Shown here: positions 31,181 to 40,800 of the stretch, in pieces | Position numbering within the stretch: the stretch's first letter is position 1 | How the letters are laid out: every line of letters starts with the position of its first letter | DNA from: Zygnema circumcarinatum SAG 698-1b | Taxonomy: Eukaryota; Plantae; Zygnematophyceae | NCBI GenBank assembly: GCA_037447605.1 | Contig: CM074813.1 | Location: 248,001 to 312,000, forward strand | Direction of reading: 5' to 3' | Length of the DNA: 64,000 nt | The notes under the pieces: model-generated | Seen by the model: only the letters and a program-made list of their open reading frames with translations | Databases searched by the model: none | Told to the model about the DNA's origin: nothing | Position numbers and translations under genes: made by a program

Positions 31181-34003
31181 CTAGCCACTAAATGGTCCGA
31201 CGCCAATCAGTACGGAATTCTTCCATACCGTTTCCCCGTTGGCCCCCTTGGTCATCATGTCGGCCGCTTGTTCTTTTGTGCCGACAAATCCAATGGTCAG
31301 CAGTCCGTCTTCGACCTGCTCCCTAACGTAATGATACTGGAGCCTGATATGCTTCGATCTCTTGTGAAACACTGGATTCTCTATCAAAGCAATCGACGAC
31401 TGGTTGTCAGTGAGGAGATGTACCGGATACTGAGGACGCTGGCATTCATCGAAAAAGTTCTGAAGCCAGATTCCCTCCTTGGACGCGTGGCAGGCCGCGA
31501 TATACTCAGCCTCTGTGCTTGAAAGTGCAACCGTATCCTGGAGCTTGGAGCTCCACGTCACCGCGCCGCCCGCATTAATGAACGCGTAACCTGAGGTTGA
31601 TTTGGAAGTATCGTAATCGCCGCCCCAGTCAGCATCCGTATATCCGTACACTTGGTTCTCTCCTCCTTCATAATTAATCCCGAAGTTTGTCGTACCTTTC
31701 ACATACCGAAAGATCCTTTTGACCGCCTCCCAATGTGTACGGCCCGGGTTCTCCATGTACTTTGAGGCCGTGCTGACTGCTTTGGCCAGGTCAGGCCGAG
31801 TGCCGACCATCAAGTACATGAGGCTTCCGATCGCGGACCTGTACGGAATCCGAGCCATCTCCTTCGCCTCCTTCTCTGTCCTGGGCGACATCGCACGTGT
31901 GAGGTGGATGGAGGGGTCCATGGGACTGGTAACAGGCCTGGAGTCCTGCATCCCGAACTTCAGAAGGATGTCCTTCGCATATTTCTCCTGAGAGAGAAAT
32001 AAGCTCCCCTCCTGCCCCCTCTTGAGCTGGATCCCTAATAGATACTCTGCCTCTCCTAAGTCTGACATCTGGAAGTTAGACTTGAGGAGGTCCTTGAGGT
32101 TCTGAATTCCGGCCATGGAGGGGCTGATGATGATGAGGTCGTCCACGTATATCCCCACGTACATCACATTCGCCCCCTCTCCTTTCATATAAACTGAATG
32201 GTTAGTCTCAAACCTTGCAAATCCATTCTGTTGCAAAAGGTTATTTATCTTCACACACCAGATCCTTGGGGTCCTCTTGAGCTGATGAACATTCATATTC
32301 TCAGTAGCAGCTATGCAAAGCAAAGATCGCAATGCATTGAGTTTCACTATGGTGGAGTCAACTAGATCGTTCGGCGTCCTCCATCTTACTCCTCTCAAGT
32401 CCCCCTGGATTTCGTAGAACGGAGCAAATCCTGTTGCGTCATTGTCCAACAAGACCTCTGTCCCAGTTTCCGTTTCGCCATCCTCCTGTACGGCCAGCAA
32501 GGCAAGTGGTACGGACAAAGGTCCGGCCTCACTTGCTGATGTGGCGGCAGGTTCCGCGGGCTCAAGCACGATCAACGGTTCGGATGGCGAGCCCGGCGTG
32601 ACCGGTGACGCTCCCTCCGAATCGAACTCCATCTGCGCATCCAACGGCGCCAATTCCGCTTGCTCTGTCACGTCACGTGGTGTAAGATCCGTGTGATCAA
32701 CGGTCGCCTCCGGTCGGCTCATTTCCACCGTGGATTCGAAGTAAGCAAGCACTCCTCCTGGGATCGGCGAATCTCCACCGTCCGCTTCATAAAATTTTTC
32801 GAAATTGGTCCTTGGCCCAATTTCCTCCTCAAAACTCTTGTCGTCATCCTCTGTTGGATACTCCTGTACGACAAGGTCTCTGCTCCTCTCTCCGAACGCC
32901 TTCAGCTCTGCGAAGGAGGCTTCTTCCGAGAGCATGCGCTGGGAAACACGAGAGTCAGCGAGTCGTGGGGGTGGGGCCACAGTTTCACGGACTAATCCCA
33001 AAAACTCTGCTCGTTCAGAACCACTCCGTGCACCCAACCGCATCGTGACTTTTGCTTGGGTAGAGCTGCCTTGGCAAGCAGCGGACTTGTGTCCCTTCTT
33101 GCCGCAGTTGTAGCACGTCCCTCGAAAGGTAGACCTCTCTCTGGTCTCTTCGTCACTCGAAGGCTCTTCTGACTGCTCGGTTTGTCCCTTGTTCCGGAAG
33201 CAGTCCGTTGAAGGATGGCCGGGCTTCCCGCAAGTGAAGCACGTGGGGCTCTTTCTGTCCCCCCGGTCGTTCTTCCCCTTCTCCCTTCCAAAATTCTTCG
33301 AACGAATTAGAAGGACATTATCAGCGCCTAACTTCTCCTTTTCTAACAGCAAGTCACACTCTCTGATCCTGCCCTTTACTTGCTCCAACGTCATAGGAAG
33401 ACAAGTTAGCTGGGTTCTCAGAGATTCTACAGCTTGGGCATACTTGCTTGTTAGTCTTACCAGAAATTGATGGATCTGGCTAGGTAAGGGAATCGGCTGC
33501 TTAGCCACTACGCACTTCTGCATTAGGCTATCAAATTTGACCATGTAGTTAGTCAGGGTCTCACCCTTCTCCATTCTGAATGCACCTATTTCAGCATACA
33601 GATTAACCGGCAACCCTCCTTCTGCAACTTCATAAACTGCCTGGAGACTCTTCCACATTTCAGCAGCAGAAGACAGGTCTAGCAGCATGGCTGAAGGGGC
33701 GTTGCCTACTGTCATGGCAATATAACCTGCGGCCTTGTAGTTTTTCTCGTGCCATAGGTCGTATGCCTTCTTTGCCGCCGCCCCCTCAGAGTCGGCCGGA
33801 AGAGGTGGTTCTTGGATGGTACCATCAACGAACTTGAGCAGTCCCTTGCTCTCAAGCAAGTACTTCATCCTCCACCTCCATTGTCTGAAGTCTGTCCCCT
33901 CGAAAATCGGGACCTTGTACCTGGGCTCCTCCTCTGAGGATGCTCTGATACCACTGTTGGAAACTAGAGCCTGGTCTCTCTCACTTGCTGCACTCTCAGA
34001 CAT
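31181..34003 (-). CDS. Copia gag (two CCHC knuckles) fused to truncated RT and complete RNase H; no protease or integrase (940 aa)
   Basis: PIFEGTDFRQWRWRM gag start, CFTCGKPGHPSTDC and CYNCGKKGHKSAAC knuckles, YVGIYVDDLII RT motif, YTDADWGGD...STSGY...LSSTEAEY...TDNQS...QAADMMTK RNase H. Confidence 0.9.
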   Translation of the reverse strand: MSESAASERDQALVSNSGIRASSEEEPRYKVPIFEGTDFRQWRWRMKYLLESKGLLKFVDGTIQEPPLPADSEGAAAKKAYDLWHEKNYKAAGYIAMTVGNAPSAMLLDLSSAAEMWKSLQAVYEVAEGGLPVNLYAEIGAFRMEKGETLTNYMVKFDSLMQKCVVAKQPIPLPSQIHQFLVRLTSKYAQAVESLRTQLTCLPMTLEQVKGRIRECDLLLEKEKLGADNVLLIRSKNFGREKGKNDRGDRKSPTCFTCGKPGHPSTDCFRNKGQTEQSEEPSSDEETRERSTFRGTCYNCGKKGHKSAACQGSSTQAKVTMRLGARSGSERAEFLGLVRETVAPPPRLADSRVSQRMLSEEASFAELKAFGERSRDLVVQEYPTEDDDKSFEEEIGPRTNFEKFYEADGGDSPIPGGVLAYFESTVEMSRPEATVDHTDLTPRDVTEQAELAPLDAQMEFDSEGASPVTPGSPSEPLIVLEPAEPAATSASEAGPLSVPLALLAVQEDGETETGTEVLLDNDATGFAPFYEIQGDLRGVRWRTPNDLVDSTIVKLNALRSLLCIAATENMNVHQLKRTPRIWCVKINNLLQQNGFARFETNHSVYMKGEGANVMYVGIYVDDLIIISPSMAGIQNLKDLLKSNFQMSDLGEAEYLLGIQLKRGQEGSLFLSQEKYAKDILLKFGMQDSRPVTSPMDPSIHLTRAMSPRTEKEAKEMARIPYRSAIGSLMYLMVGTRPDLAKAVSTASKYMENPGRTHWEAVKRIFRYVKGTTNFGINYEGGENQVYGYTDADWGGDYDTSKSTSGYAFINAGGAVTWSSKLQDTVALSSTEAEYIAACHASKEGIWLQNFFDECQRPQYPVHLLTDNQSSIALIENPVFHKRSKHIRLQYHYVREQVEDGLLTIGFVGTKEQAADMMTKGANGETVWKNSVLIGVGPFSG

Positions 34004-34773
34004 GCTTGTAATTCAGCGAACACACCCACCCCCAATGCACACACCGGAAGGAGAGAATGAAAGCTGAGAAATGAAACACCGAGAGATGAAGTAAGAGGAG
34101 AAAGCCCCACCGGCTCAAAACTCCTTAAAATAGATAAGAAGGGTTACACACAGAAATTCAGCCCTCAGGCGATTCCTACTGCTCTGCCCTACACTCCTAT
34201 CTACTGCTGCCCATACAGCAGGCCTCTACACTCAGCACCACGAGCCGAGATGCAAGGTTCTAAGGGTAACTAGCACTATGCACTAAGCAAACTAAATACT
34301 AGCCGCTGAAGCACCTCCACGTTCCACCGCGTGCCACCGCGTTCCACCTCCATGTCGTCGAGGTCGCTCCGCGCCTTCTGGAGTTCGCTCCGCGCCGCGC
34401 GGGAGCTCAGCTCGAGAGGCCGCCATGGGGAGGGGAGTGTCCGTACAGAAACACTCCTCCGAAAGCTCCTCCGTCGCTCCGAACCTTCCGCGCTCCTTCG
34501 CGCCTCCAATAATCCGTACTAAGCTAACTCATAGCCGCGCGACCTATCGTCGCGCGCCACGTGTCTACATCACTTATCGATTCTAAGCGGACTCCACTGG
34601 TGGCGCGGCCTATCGCCGCCCTCCACGTGTCATATTCAAACCTGTCGTCTTCCCACTAAGAACAGCGCTCTAGCGCACTGTTCAGACTGTGACCGAATCT
34701 ACCAAGGACCGCCGACACTAGCTAAGGACCGTAAAGTGTACTACGTTGTTCTATACCCCTATTGTACACTACA
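33955..34773 (-). repeat. Copia LTR (outer, 5' LTR of the tandem), 819 bp
   Basis: Adjacent to the PBS and followed by the TSD. Confidence 0.95.
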
Positions 34774-36069
34774 GTGTCTACACAGGTTAGCCCACAAAGG
34801 CTCTTCACTTGTCACAGGGACACTATTTGGAGTGAGTGCATTGACTGTACGGCGTAAGACAAAACGCTTTTGTAAAGCTGTAAGGTCTATTTTGACTCCT
34901 ACGTTTTTGGCTTGGCCAAGTGATGAAGTCCTTAGTACCGTGTCAAGAGAATTTGAGGAGCAATGGGGGTTTGTAAATTGTTATGGAGCTATTGATGCAA
35001 CCCATATTAACATTAAGTTAGGGCCAGGATTACGTGAAAAAGACTGGTATGATAGAAACCATAGATATAGTATGATTATGCAGACAGTGGTGGGTCCTGA
35101 CACAAGGATCTTAGATGCCAACATTGGATGGCCAGGTTCTGTCCATGATGCTCGAGTCTTTGCAAACTCAGCCATTGGCAGAAGGATCACTTATGAAGGA
35201 TGCTTGCAAGGGAGCCCTAAGGGAGTGGACGGCTTCAACTTCACACCATACATCATTGGTGATGCAGGTTATCCACTACGAAAGAGTCTCATAAGGCCTT
35301 TTGCCGCTAGTCTCATTGGAGAACCGGAACGATCATTCAACTTCTATCATAGCAGAGCTCGAATGTGTGTAGAGAGGTTGTATGGAATTTTGAAAAGAAG
35401 ATGGCGTATTTTAGACAGTGAAGTTCAGATGGTTAACCCCCAGACACTTATTGACATTGCATTTACAGTATGTATTTTACATAACTTCATGCTTCATCAT
35501 GAAAGTGTGGACGAATTTGATGAAGATGAGGATGGTGGAAACAATGATGAAGGAAATGATAGAGGGGGTGTACTTAGGGATGATGATGATGAGGATGCAG
35601 ATGGGGATGCAGATGGGGATGCAGATGGGGTAGTATTACGGAGGAAACTTGCTGCATATTTGTTTAGATTGTACGGTCCCGCTCCAGAGCGTTGACTACT
35701 ATTAATATAGCAATATTTTTGTTCAAAGTGGAGCAGCATCCCTTACGGCACCAGCAAGCACCAAAATGCCGCAAAAAAAAAACTCCAAAATCCACACACA
35801 TTCAGACTGCCTGAGGAGGGAAGGAAGGCAGAAAAAGGGCATTGAGAAAAAGGAAACAAAGTCAATGAACAAAAACAAAACCACACACACACAAAAAACG
35901 ACAGGGTTCCATCTACGACCCTCTCCCTCTATGCCTCTTCCCCATCCCTTGCTGTTTCCCCATCCCCTAGACCCAACCTTTTCCTCTCTTTTTTTCCCTC
36001 CACCTTTACCTTTACCTTTTTGTTTGACCCTTTTCTCACTGGCTTATTTCCAAACTGCTAACAATCAAG

Positions 36070-37737
36070 TTACTTTTGAAACTTTTCAAAAAACATATTC
36101 ATTGCACCTAGAATTTCTTTTCTTCCTACATCTTGCCTATGCCAGTTTTCTTCCATTAAGCCTGACATGTATCCCATGAATTTCTCGTCATCTTTTGCCA
36201 ACCTTTCCCTCCACTCGCATGACTCCTCTTTCCACTTTTTTGATATTCCATCGGCCACTGCTTCTGCTCGTCGCTTCAACTTAGCTGTGGAGTGCATCCC
36301 TTTCATTGGTGGTGGCGATAATGGCACATTGTTTGAGGCACGCTGAGTCCTTGGTGGTGGCGATACCGGCACATTGGCTGAAGCATGCTCAGTCACTGGT
36401 GGTGGTGATACTGGCACATTGGTTGAAGCACGCTCATCAGTCACTGGTGGTGGTGATACTGGCACATTGGTTGAAGCACGCTGAGTCCTTGGTGGTGGCG
36501 ATAATGGCACATTGTTTGAGGCACGCTGAGTCCTTGGTGGTGGCGATAATGGCACATTGTTTGAGGCACGCTGAGTCCTTGGTGGTGGCGATAATGGCAC
36601 ATTGTTTGAGGCACGCTGAGTCCTTGGTGGTGGCGATAATGGCACATTGTTTGAGGCACGCTGAGTCCTTGGTGGTGGCGATAATGGCACATTGTTTGAG
36701 GCACGCTGAGTCCTTGGTGGTGGCGATAATGGCACATTGTTTGAGGCACGCTGAGTCCTTGGTGGTGGCGATAATGGCACATTGTTTGAGGCACGCTGAG
36801 TCCTTGGTGGTGGCGATAATGGCACATTGTTTGAGGCACGCTGAGTCCTTGGTGGTGGCGATAATGGCACATTGTTTGAGGCACGCTGAGTCCTTGGTGG
36901 TGGCGATAATGGCACATTGTTTGAGGCACGCTGAGTCCTTGGTGGTGGCGATAATGGCACATTGTTTGAGGCACGCTGAGTCCTTGGTGGTGGCGATAAT
37001 GGCACATTGTTTGAGGCACGCTGAGTCCTTGGTGGTGGCGATAATGGCACATTGTTTGAGGCACGCTGAGTCCTTGGTGGTGGCGATAATGGCACATTGT
37101 TTGAGGCACGCTGAGTCCTTGGTGGTGGCGATAATGGCACATTGTTTGAGGCACGCTGAGTCCTTGGTGGTGGCGATAATGGCACATTGTTTGAGGCACG
37201 CTGAGTCCTTGGTGGTGGCGATAATGGCACATTGTTTGAGGCACGCTGAGTCCTTGGTGGTGGCGATAATGGCACATTGTTTGAGGCACGCTGAGTCCTT
37301 GGTGGTGGCGATAATGGCACATTGTTTGAGGCACGCTGAGTCCTTGGTGGTGGCGATAATGGCACATTGTTTGAGGCACGCTGAGTCCTTGGTGGTGGCG
37401 ATAATGGCACATTCTTTGAGGCACGCTGAGTCCTTGGTGGTGGCGATAATGGCACATTGTTTGAGGCACGCTGAGTCCTTGGTGGTGGCGATAATGGCAC
37501 ATTGTTTGAGGCACGCTGAGTCCTTGGTGGTGGCGATAATGGCACATTGTTTGAGGCACGCTGAGTCCTTGGTGGTGGCGATAATGGCACATTGTTTGAG
37601 GCACGCTGAGTCCTTGGTGGTGGCGATAATGGCACATTGTTTGAGGCACGCTGAGTCCTTGGTGGTGGCGATAATGGCACATTGTTTCGCGAGACTTTTC
37701 TTACATTTGTGTTTTCTTGCCATTTGCTTTTGCGGCT
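36070..37737 (-). CDS. Putative Harbinger second ORF dominated by (VPLSPPPRTQRASNN)n with a charged C-terminal helix; 5' end unresolved
   Basis: This is the only one of the four open repeat frames that continues into a unique, protein-like tail (AKLKRRAEAVADGISKKWKEESCEWRERLAKDDEKF...FQK). It lies convergent to the transposase inside the TIRs. No Myb/SANT domain was recognised. Confidence 0.45.
   Translation of the reverse strand, partial: SRKSKWQENTNVRKVSRNNVPLSPPPRTQRASNNVPLSPPPRTQRASNNVPLSPPPRTQRASNNVPLSPPPRTQRASNNVPLSPPPRTQRASNNVPLSPPPRTQRASKNVPLSPPPRTQRASNNVPLSPPPRTQRASNNVPLSPPPRTQRASNNVPLSPPPRTQRASNNVPLSPPPRTQRASNNVPLSPPPRTQRASNNVPLSPPPRTQRASNNVPLSPPPRTQRASNNVPLSPPPRTQRASNNVPLSPPPRTQRASNNVPLSPPPRTQRASNNVPLSPPPRTQRASNNVPLSPPPRTQRASNNVPLSPPPRTQRASNNVPLSPPPRTQRASNNVPLSPPPRTQRASNNVPLSPPPRTQRASNNVPLSPPPRTQRASNNVPLSPPPRTQRASNNVPLSPPPRTQRASNNVPLSPPPRTQRASTNVPVSPPPVTDERASTNVPVSPPPVTEHASANVPVSPPPRTQRASNNVPLSPPPMKGMHSTAKLKRRAEAVADGISKKWKEESCEWRERLAKDDEKFMGYMSGLMEENWHRQDVGRKEILGAMNMFFEKFQK
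36304..37686. repeat. 45-bp minisatellite, ~30 copies
   Basis: Unit tggtggtggcgataatggcacattgtttgaggcacgctgagtcct. Nearly invariant except for degenerate units at the left end and one substitution near 37414. Confidence 0.97.
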
Positions 37738-38093
37738 CTAAGAAATTTAACCCGTATCTTTACATTGTAAAGCGACAACGAGGGCATTTATTAGCTGAGA
37801 GCTGTGGCATGGCCCGAAGTATCACGCGTCGTATTGTTGGCGTATAAGGGGGAAGCGAAGGAAAAGCCCATGGGGAAGGACGCTGATCCCCCATTTTCTT
37901 GAGGCTGCTGCAGAAGAGAAGAGCTCTCGATTAGGGTTAGGGTTAGGGTTCAAGCAGACAGGCAGTCGCGTGCCGCCACCCCGACCTACGGTCACCGCGC
38001 GTTGGCGGCTGTGCGCCAGCGTGGCCGCCGTACCCCCGTGGCATCTCGAACGGATCTTCAACGCCACGCGGCGGCGCATGATTGGAAAACTCA

Positions 38094-38487
38094 GGGTGGG
38101 GGTCCATCAGCGTTTTTTCGCCGACGTGGAGGTACAGGCGTAGTTTTGGAGGATGATGTGGCGCCGTCGTGGCGCCGACTAGGACCGACTAGGCCCGACG
38201 TGGAGGTACAGGCGTAGTTCCCCAGAACATACCCTCTGAAGTGAGTTTTGGGGAAGTACGCCTGAGTTTTCCAATCGTGCGCCGCCGCGTGGCGTTGAAG
38301 ATCCGTTCGAGATGCCACGGGGGTACGGCGGCCACGCTGGCGCACAGCCGCCCTGGCGTGGCCAATCGTGCGCCGCAGCGTGGCGTCCGCTGATTGGCTC
38401 GCGCGACCTCTGATGGAACCCGCAATTCTCCCTTAATGACTCTAATCCGATGTGGCGGTACAGGCAAACGCTGATGGACCCCCACCC
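38094..38487 (-). mobile_element. MITE M2 (Harbinger derivative) nested in the parent's right subterminal region
   Basis: Same TIRs, TCA TSD on both sides (38091-38093, 38488-38490), inverted relative to M1. Confidence 0.88.
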
Positions 38488-38813
38488 TCAGGCGTTGTTC
38501 TAGAGAATTGTTTTCAGGGGGTATGTTTTGGGGAACTACGCCTGTACCTCCACGTCGGTCCTAGTCGGCGCCACGACGGCGCCACATCATCCTCCAAAAC
38601 AACGCCTGTACCTCCACGTCGGCGAAAAAACGCTGATGGACCCCCACCCTAATTCAACTTTTAACGAACTTCGAGCTCGGCACCAACCGCAATGCGGAAA
38701 CCACAAGGAAACTCCGATGCGTCTCCGCCGTCGCGAGACGATATATCGGCACTTTTGAAAACGACAGAATTGCCGCCAAAATCGTTGGACGACCTCTGCT
38801 GCCCGGAGACTTC

Positions 38814-39218
38814 GGGTGGGGGTCCATCAGCGATTTTTCGCCGACGTGGAGGTACAGGCGTTGTTTTGGAGGATGATGTGGCGCCGTCGTGGCGCCGACT
38901 AGGACCGACGTGGAGGTACAGGCGTAGTTCCCCAAAACATACCCCCTGAAAAAAATTCCCTAGAACTATGCCTGAGTTTTCCAATCGTGCGCCGCCGCGT
39001 GGCGTTGAAGATCCGTTCGAGATGCCACGGGGGTACGGCGACCACGCTGGCGCACAGCCGCCAATGCGCGGTGGACGCGCGGCCACGGTGGACGAATAAA
39101 TGTGTCCACGTGGCGTCCGCTGATTGGCTCGCGGGACCTCTGATGGAACCCGCAATTCTCCCTTCATGACTCATGATCCGATGTGGCGGTACAGGCAAAC
39201 GCTGATGGACCCCCACCC
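38814..39218 (-). mobile_element. MITE M3 (Harbinger derivative)
   Basis: Same TIRs (one internal mismatch), TTC TSD on both sides (38811-38813, 39219-39221). Confidence 0.88.
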
Positions 39219-39451
39219 TTCGTCGAATAGCCGGTGGCTTCTAATTGGTTGGTTCGTCGCGGTTGTACGGCCGTCCTTGAAACAGCTCCTCCTTCACAAA
39301 AGACAAAACTGTACTTCCAAATCGTACAGACTGTACGACCTTCTGTGAAAATACGGAAAGACGAAAGCGCAGTTACACAGAGCGTGATCTCCATGACTCT
39401 GATAGGGTCATGTGTTACATGTTACCTTCAATGGATTTCCACCCTTTAGTA

Positions 39452-39660
39452 GTAGGGTTAGGGTTAGGGCTAAGATTCCGGTTAGAGTTAAGGTTAAGAT
39501 TAGGGTAAGGGTTAGGGGTAGGGTTGAGGTTCAGATTAGGGTTAGGGGTAGGGGTAGGGGTAGGGGTAGGGGTAGGGTTAAGGTTAAGATTAGGGTTAGG
39601 GTTAGGAGTAGGGTTAAGGTTAAGATTAGGGTTAGGGTTACAAGTAGGGTTAAGGTTAAG
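39452..39660 (+). repeat. Degenerate interstitial TTAGGG/TAGGGG telomere-like repeat
   Basis: Hexamer array of ttaggg, gtaggg, ttaagg and ttaaga variants. Confidence 0.8.
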
Positions 39661-40311
39661 GCTTGTTACAGTTCACCGTACTGCGGCATTTCTATTTTTT
39701 GCCCTTTTTGGGCGGCAACGCTAAACAAAAAACGCGCCTCTCCATGTATCGCCACGCCAGTAACGGATAGCGATATGTGCCAAAGATTTGGCGTTCGCTG
39801 ATAAGTTCCTATGCTGCAGTTCCAGGCCCGTCGCGCGTTGCCGACGGGTAACTGCGCGCAGCTGACTCCCTTTTTTTACCGTTGGAAAACCACGCGCATA
39901 TTCTTACGCCACCTTTCGCAACCAGCTGACGTCAGTGACAAACCAAAAACTTCGCGCGGATGGGAGACTATGCCTCTCCTGCTGGCTCCTGCTGCCGCGC
40001 TACCTCCTGCTCTGCCTTTTGGGGCGCGAGACTTGAACAAAATCGAGCGGAAGATGATTCTTTCTTTAATATTACTAAAGGGGTAGTGATATTTCCACCC
40101 CTTTTTTGGATCCAAACACCCCTTCCCGGCCGGGCAGATTTCAAAAGGGATTAAAAACAGAAAATGCTTTTTTCACACCTTTTTGGAATCGATACCCACC
40201 TTCTTCCGTCGGCTGATTTTATTTTTGCTAACCAAGGAAAATGATACCCCGTCACCGCATTTTGAATACTGTATCCCGTCTCCCTGAATTTTTTTTTGAG
40301 GAAAAGAAATA

Positions 40312-40769
40312 TGTAGCGTAACGGAGCTGCGTTCGACGGATCCGCGCCCGTTCAGTTGTACTTGACATGTTCATATTCAGTGTCACGGACCGGCTTGATC
40401 CAGGAATTGCCGACGGAAAATGCGAGACGGCGGCGCCATTTGTTGGCGGCCCACGGGACAGCACACCATCCAGCTAGGCGCNNNNNNNNNNCAAGATGAC
40501 GCCGATTGTCATCAGTTGACCTATCCGAAGGCTCCACGCAGTCAGTCAGGCCACTCAGTGGGCAGTTGGCCAATCAGGGACTGTCACTACTAAGGCTCAA
40601 GATCTATTGTCAGTGTTAGGTAGATGGGATGTCAATGATGCTTGTTTGTCTTTTAGTGCTGGGCTTAGTATTTGTATTTGCTGTGTGGTTTGTTGTCTTG
40701 TTCTTCTCTTCTTCCTCTTCAGATCTAGCAACAGATGCTAAGTGTGAGAGAGAGAGAGAGTTCCATGCC

Positions 40770-40800
<31 letters not shown>

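Larger units (their letters stand above)
26739..34773 (-). mobile_element. Tandem Ty1/copia-derived LTR retrotransposon: LTR-internal-LTR-internal-LTR
   Basis: Three TG...CA LTRs. Perfect 5-bp TSD GTGTC (26734-26738, 34774-34778). tRNA-iMet PBS TGGTATCAGAGC on the minus strand next to 30347 and 33955. PPT GAGAGGGGGAA on the minus strand at 27558 and 31164. Confidence 0.97.
26327..35695 (+). pseudogene. PIF/Harbinger (DDE_Tnp_4/HARBI1-like) transposase interrupted by an LTR retrotransposon
   Basis: 26327-26738 plus 34779-35695 rejoin in frame (VEMC-LHRLAHKG) to give 442 aa with MFRLSR, CYGAIDATH, GWPGSVHDARVF, IIGDAGYPL and VERLYGILKRRWRIL (D-D-E triad present). Confidence 0.92.
26002..38649 (+). 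mobile_element. PIF/Harbinger DNA transposon with nested insertions
   Basis: 22-bp TIR GGGTGGGGGTCCATCAGCGTTT at 26002 and reverse-complemented ending at 38649. TAA TSD on both sides (25999-26001, 38650-38652). Contains a HARBI1-type transposase and a convergent second ORF. Confidence 0.88.

Noticed and set aside
27558-33954. Copia duplication as a pure assembly artefact
   Set aside because: The copies differ by several substitutions and a 2-bp indel, the middle LTR is a distinct haplotype, and one perfect TSD flanks the whole. Long-read confirmation is still advisable.
26726-34785. Splicing out the whole copia tandem via CAG|GTAGAG and CACAG|G to rescue the transposase
   Set aside because: The junction would remove 20 nt of original coding sequence and shift the frame to an early stop.
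36306-37847. Three additional long ORFs over the 45-bp minisatellite (VVAIMAHCLRHAESL, KQCAIIATTKDSACL, MCHYRHHQGLSVPQT frames)
   Set aside because: They are open only because the unit lacks stops in four frames. Only the SPPP frame continues into a substantial unique protein-like tail.
39452-39660. True chromosome end
   Set aside because: The tract is degenerate, short, and flanked by unique sequence on both sides.
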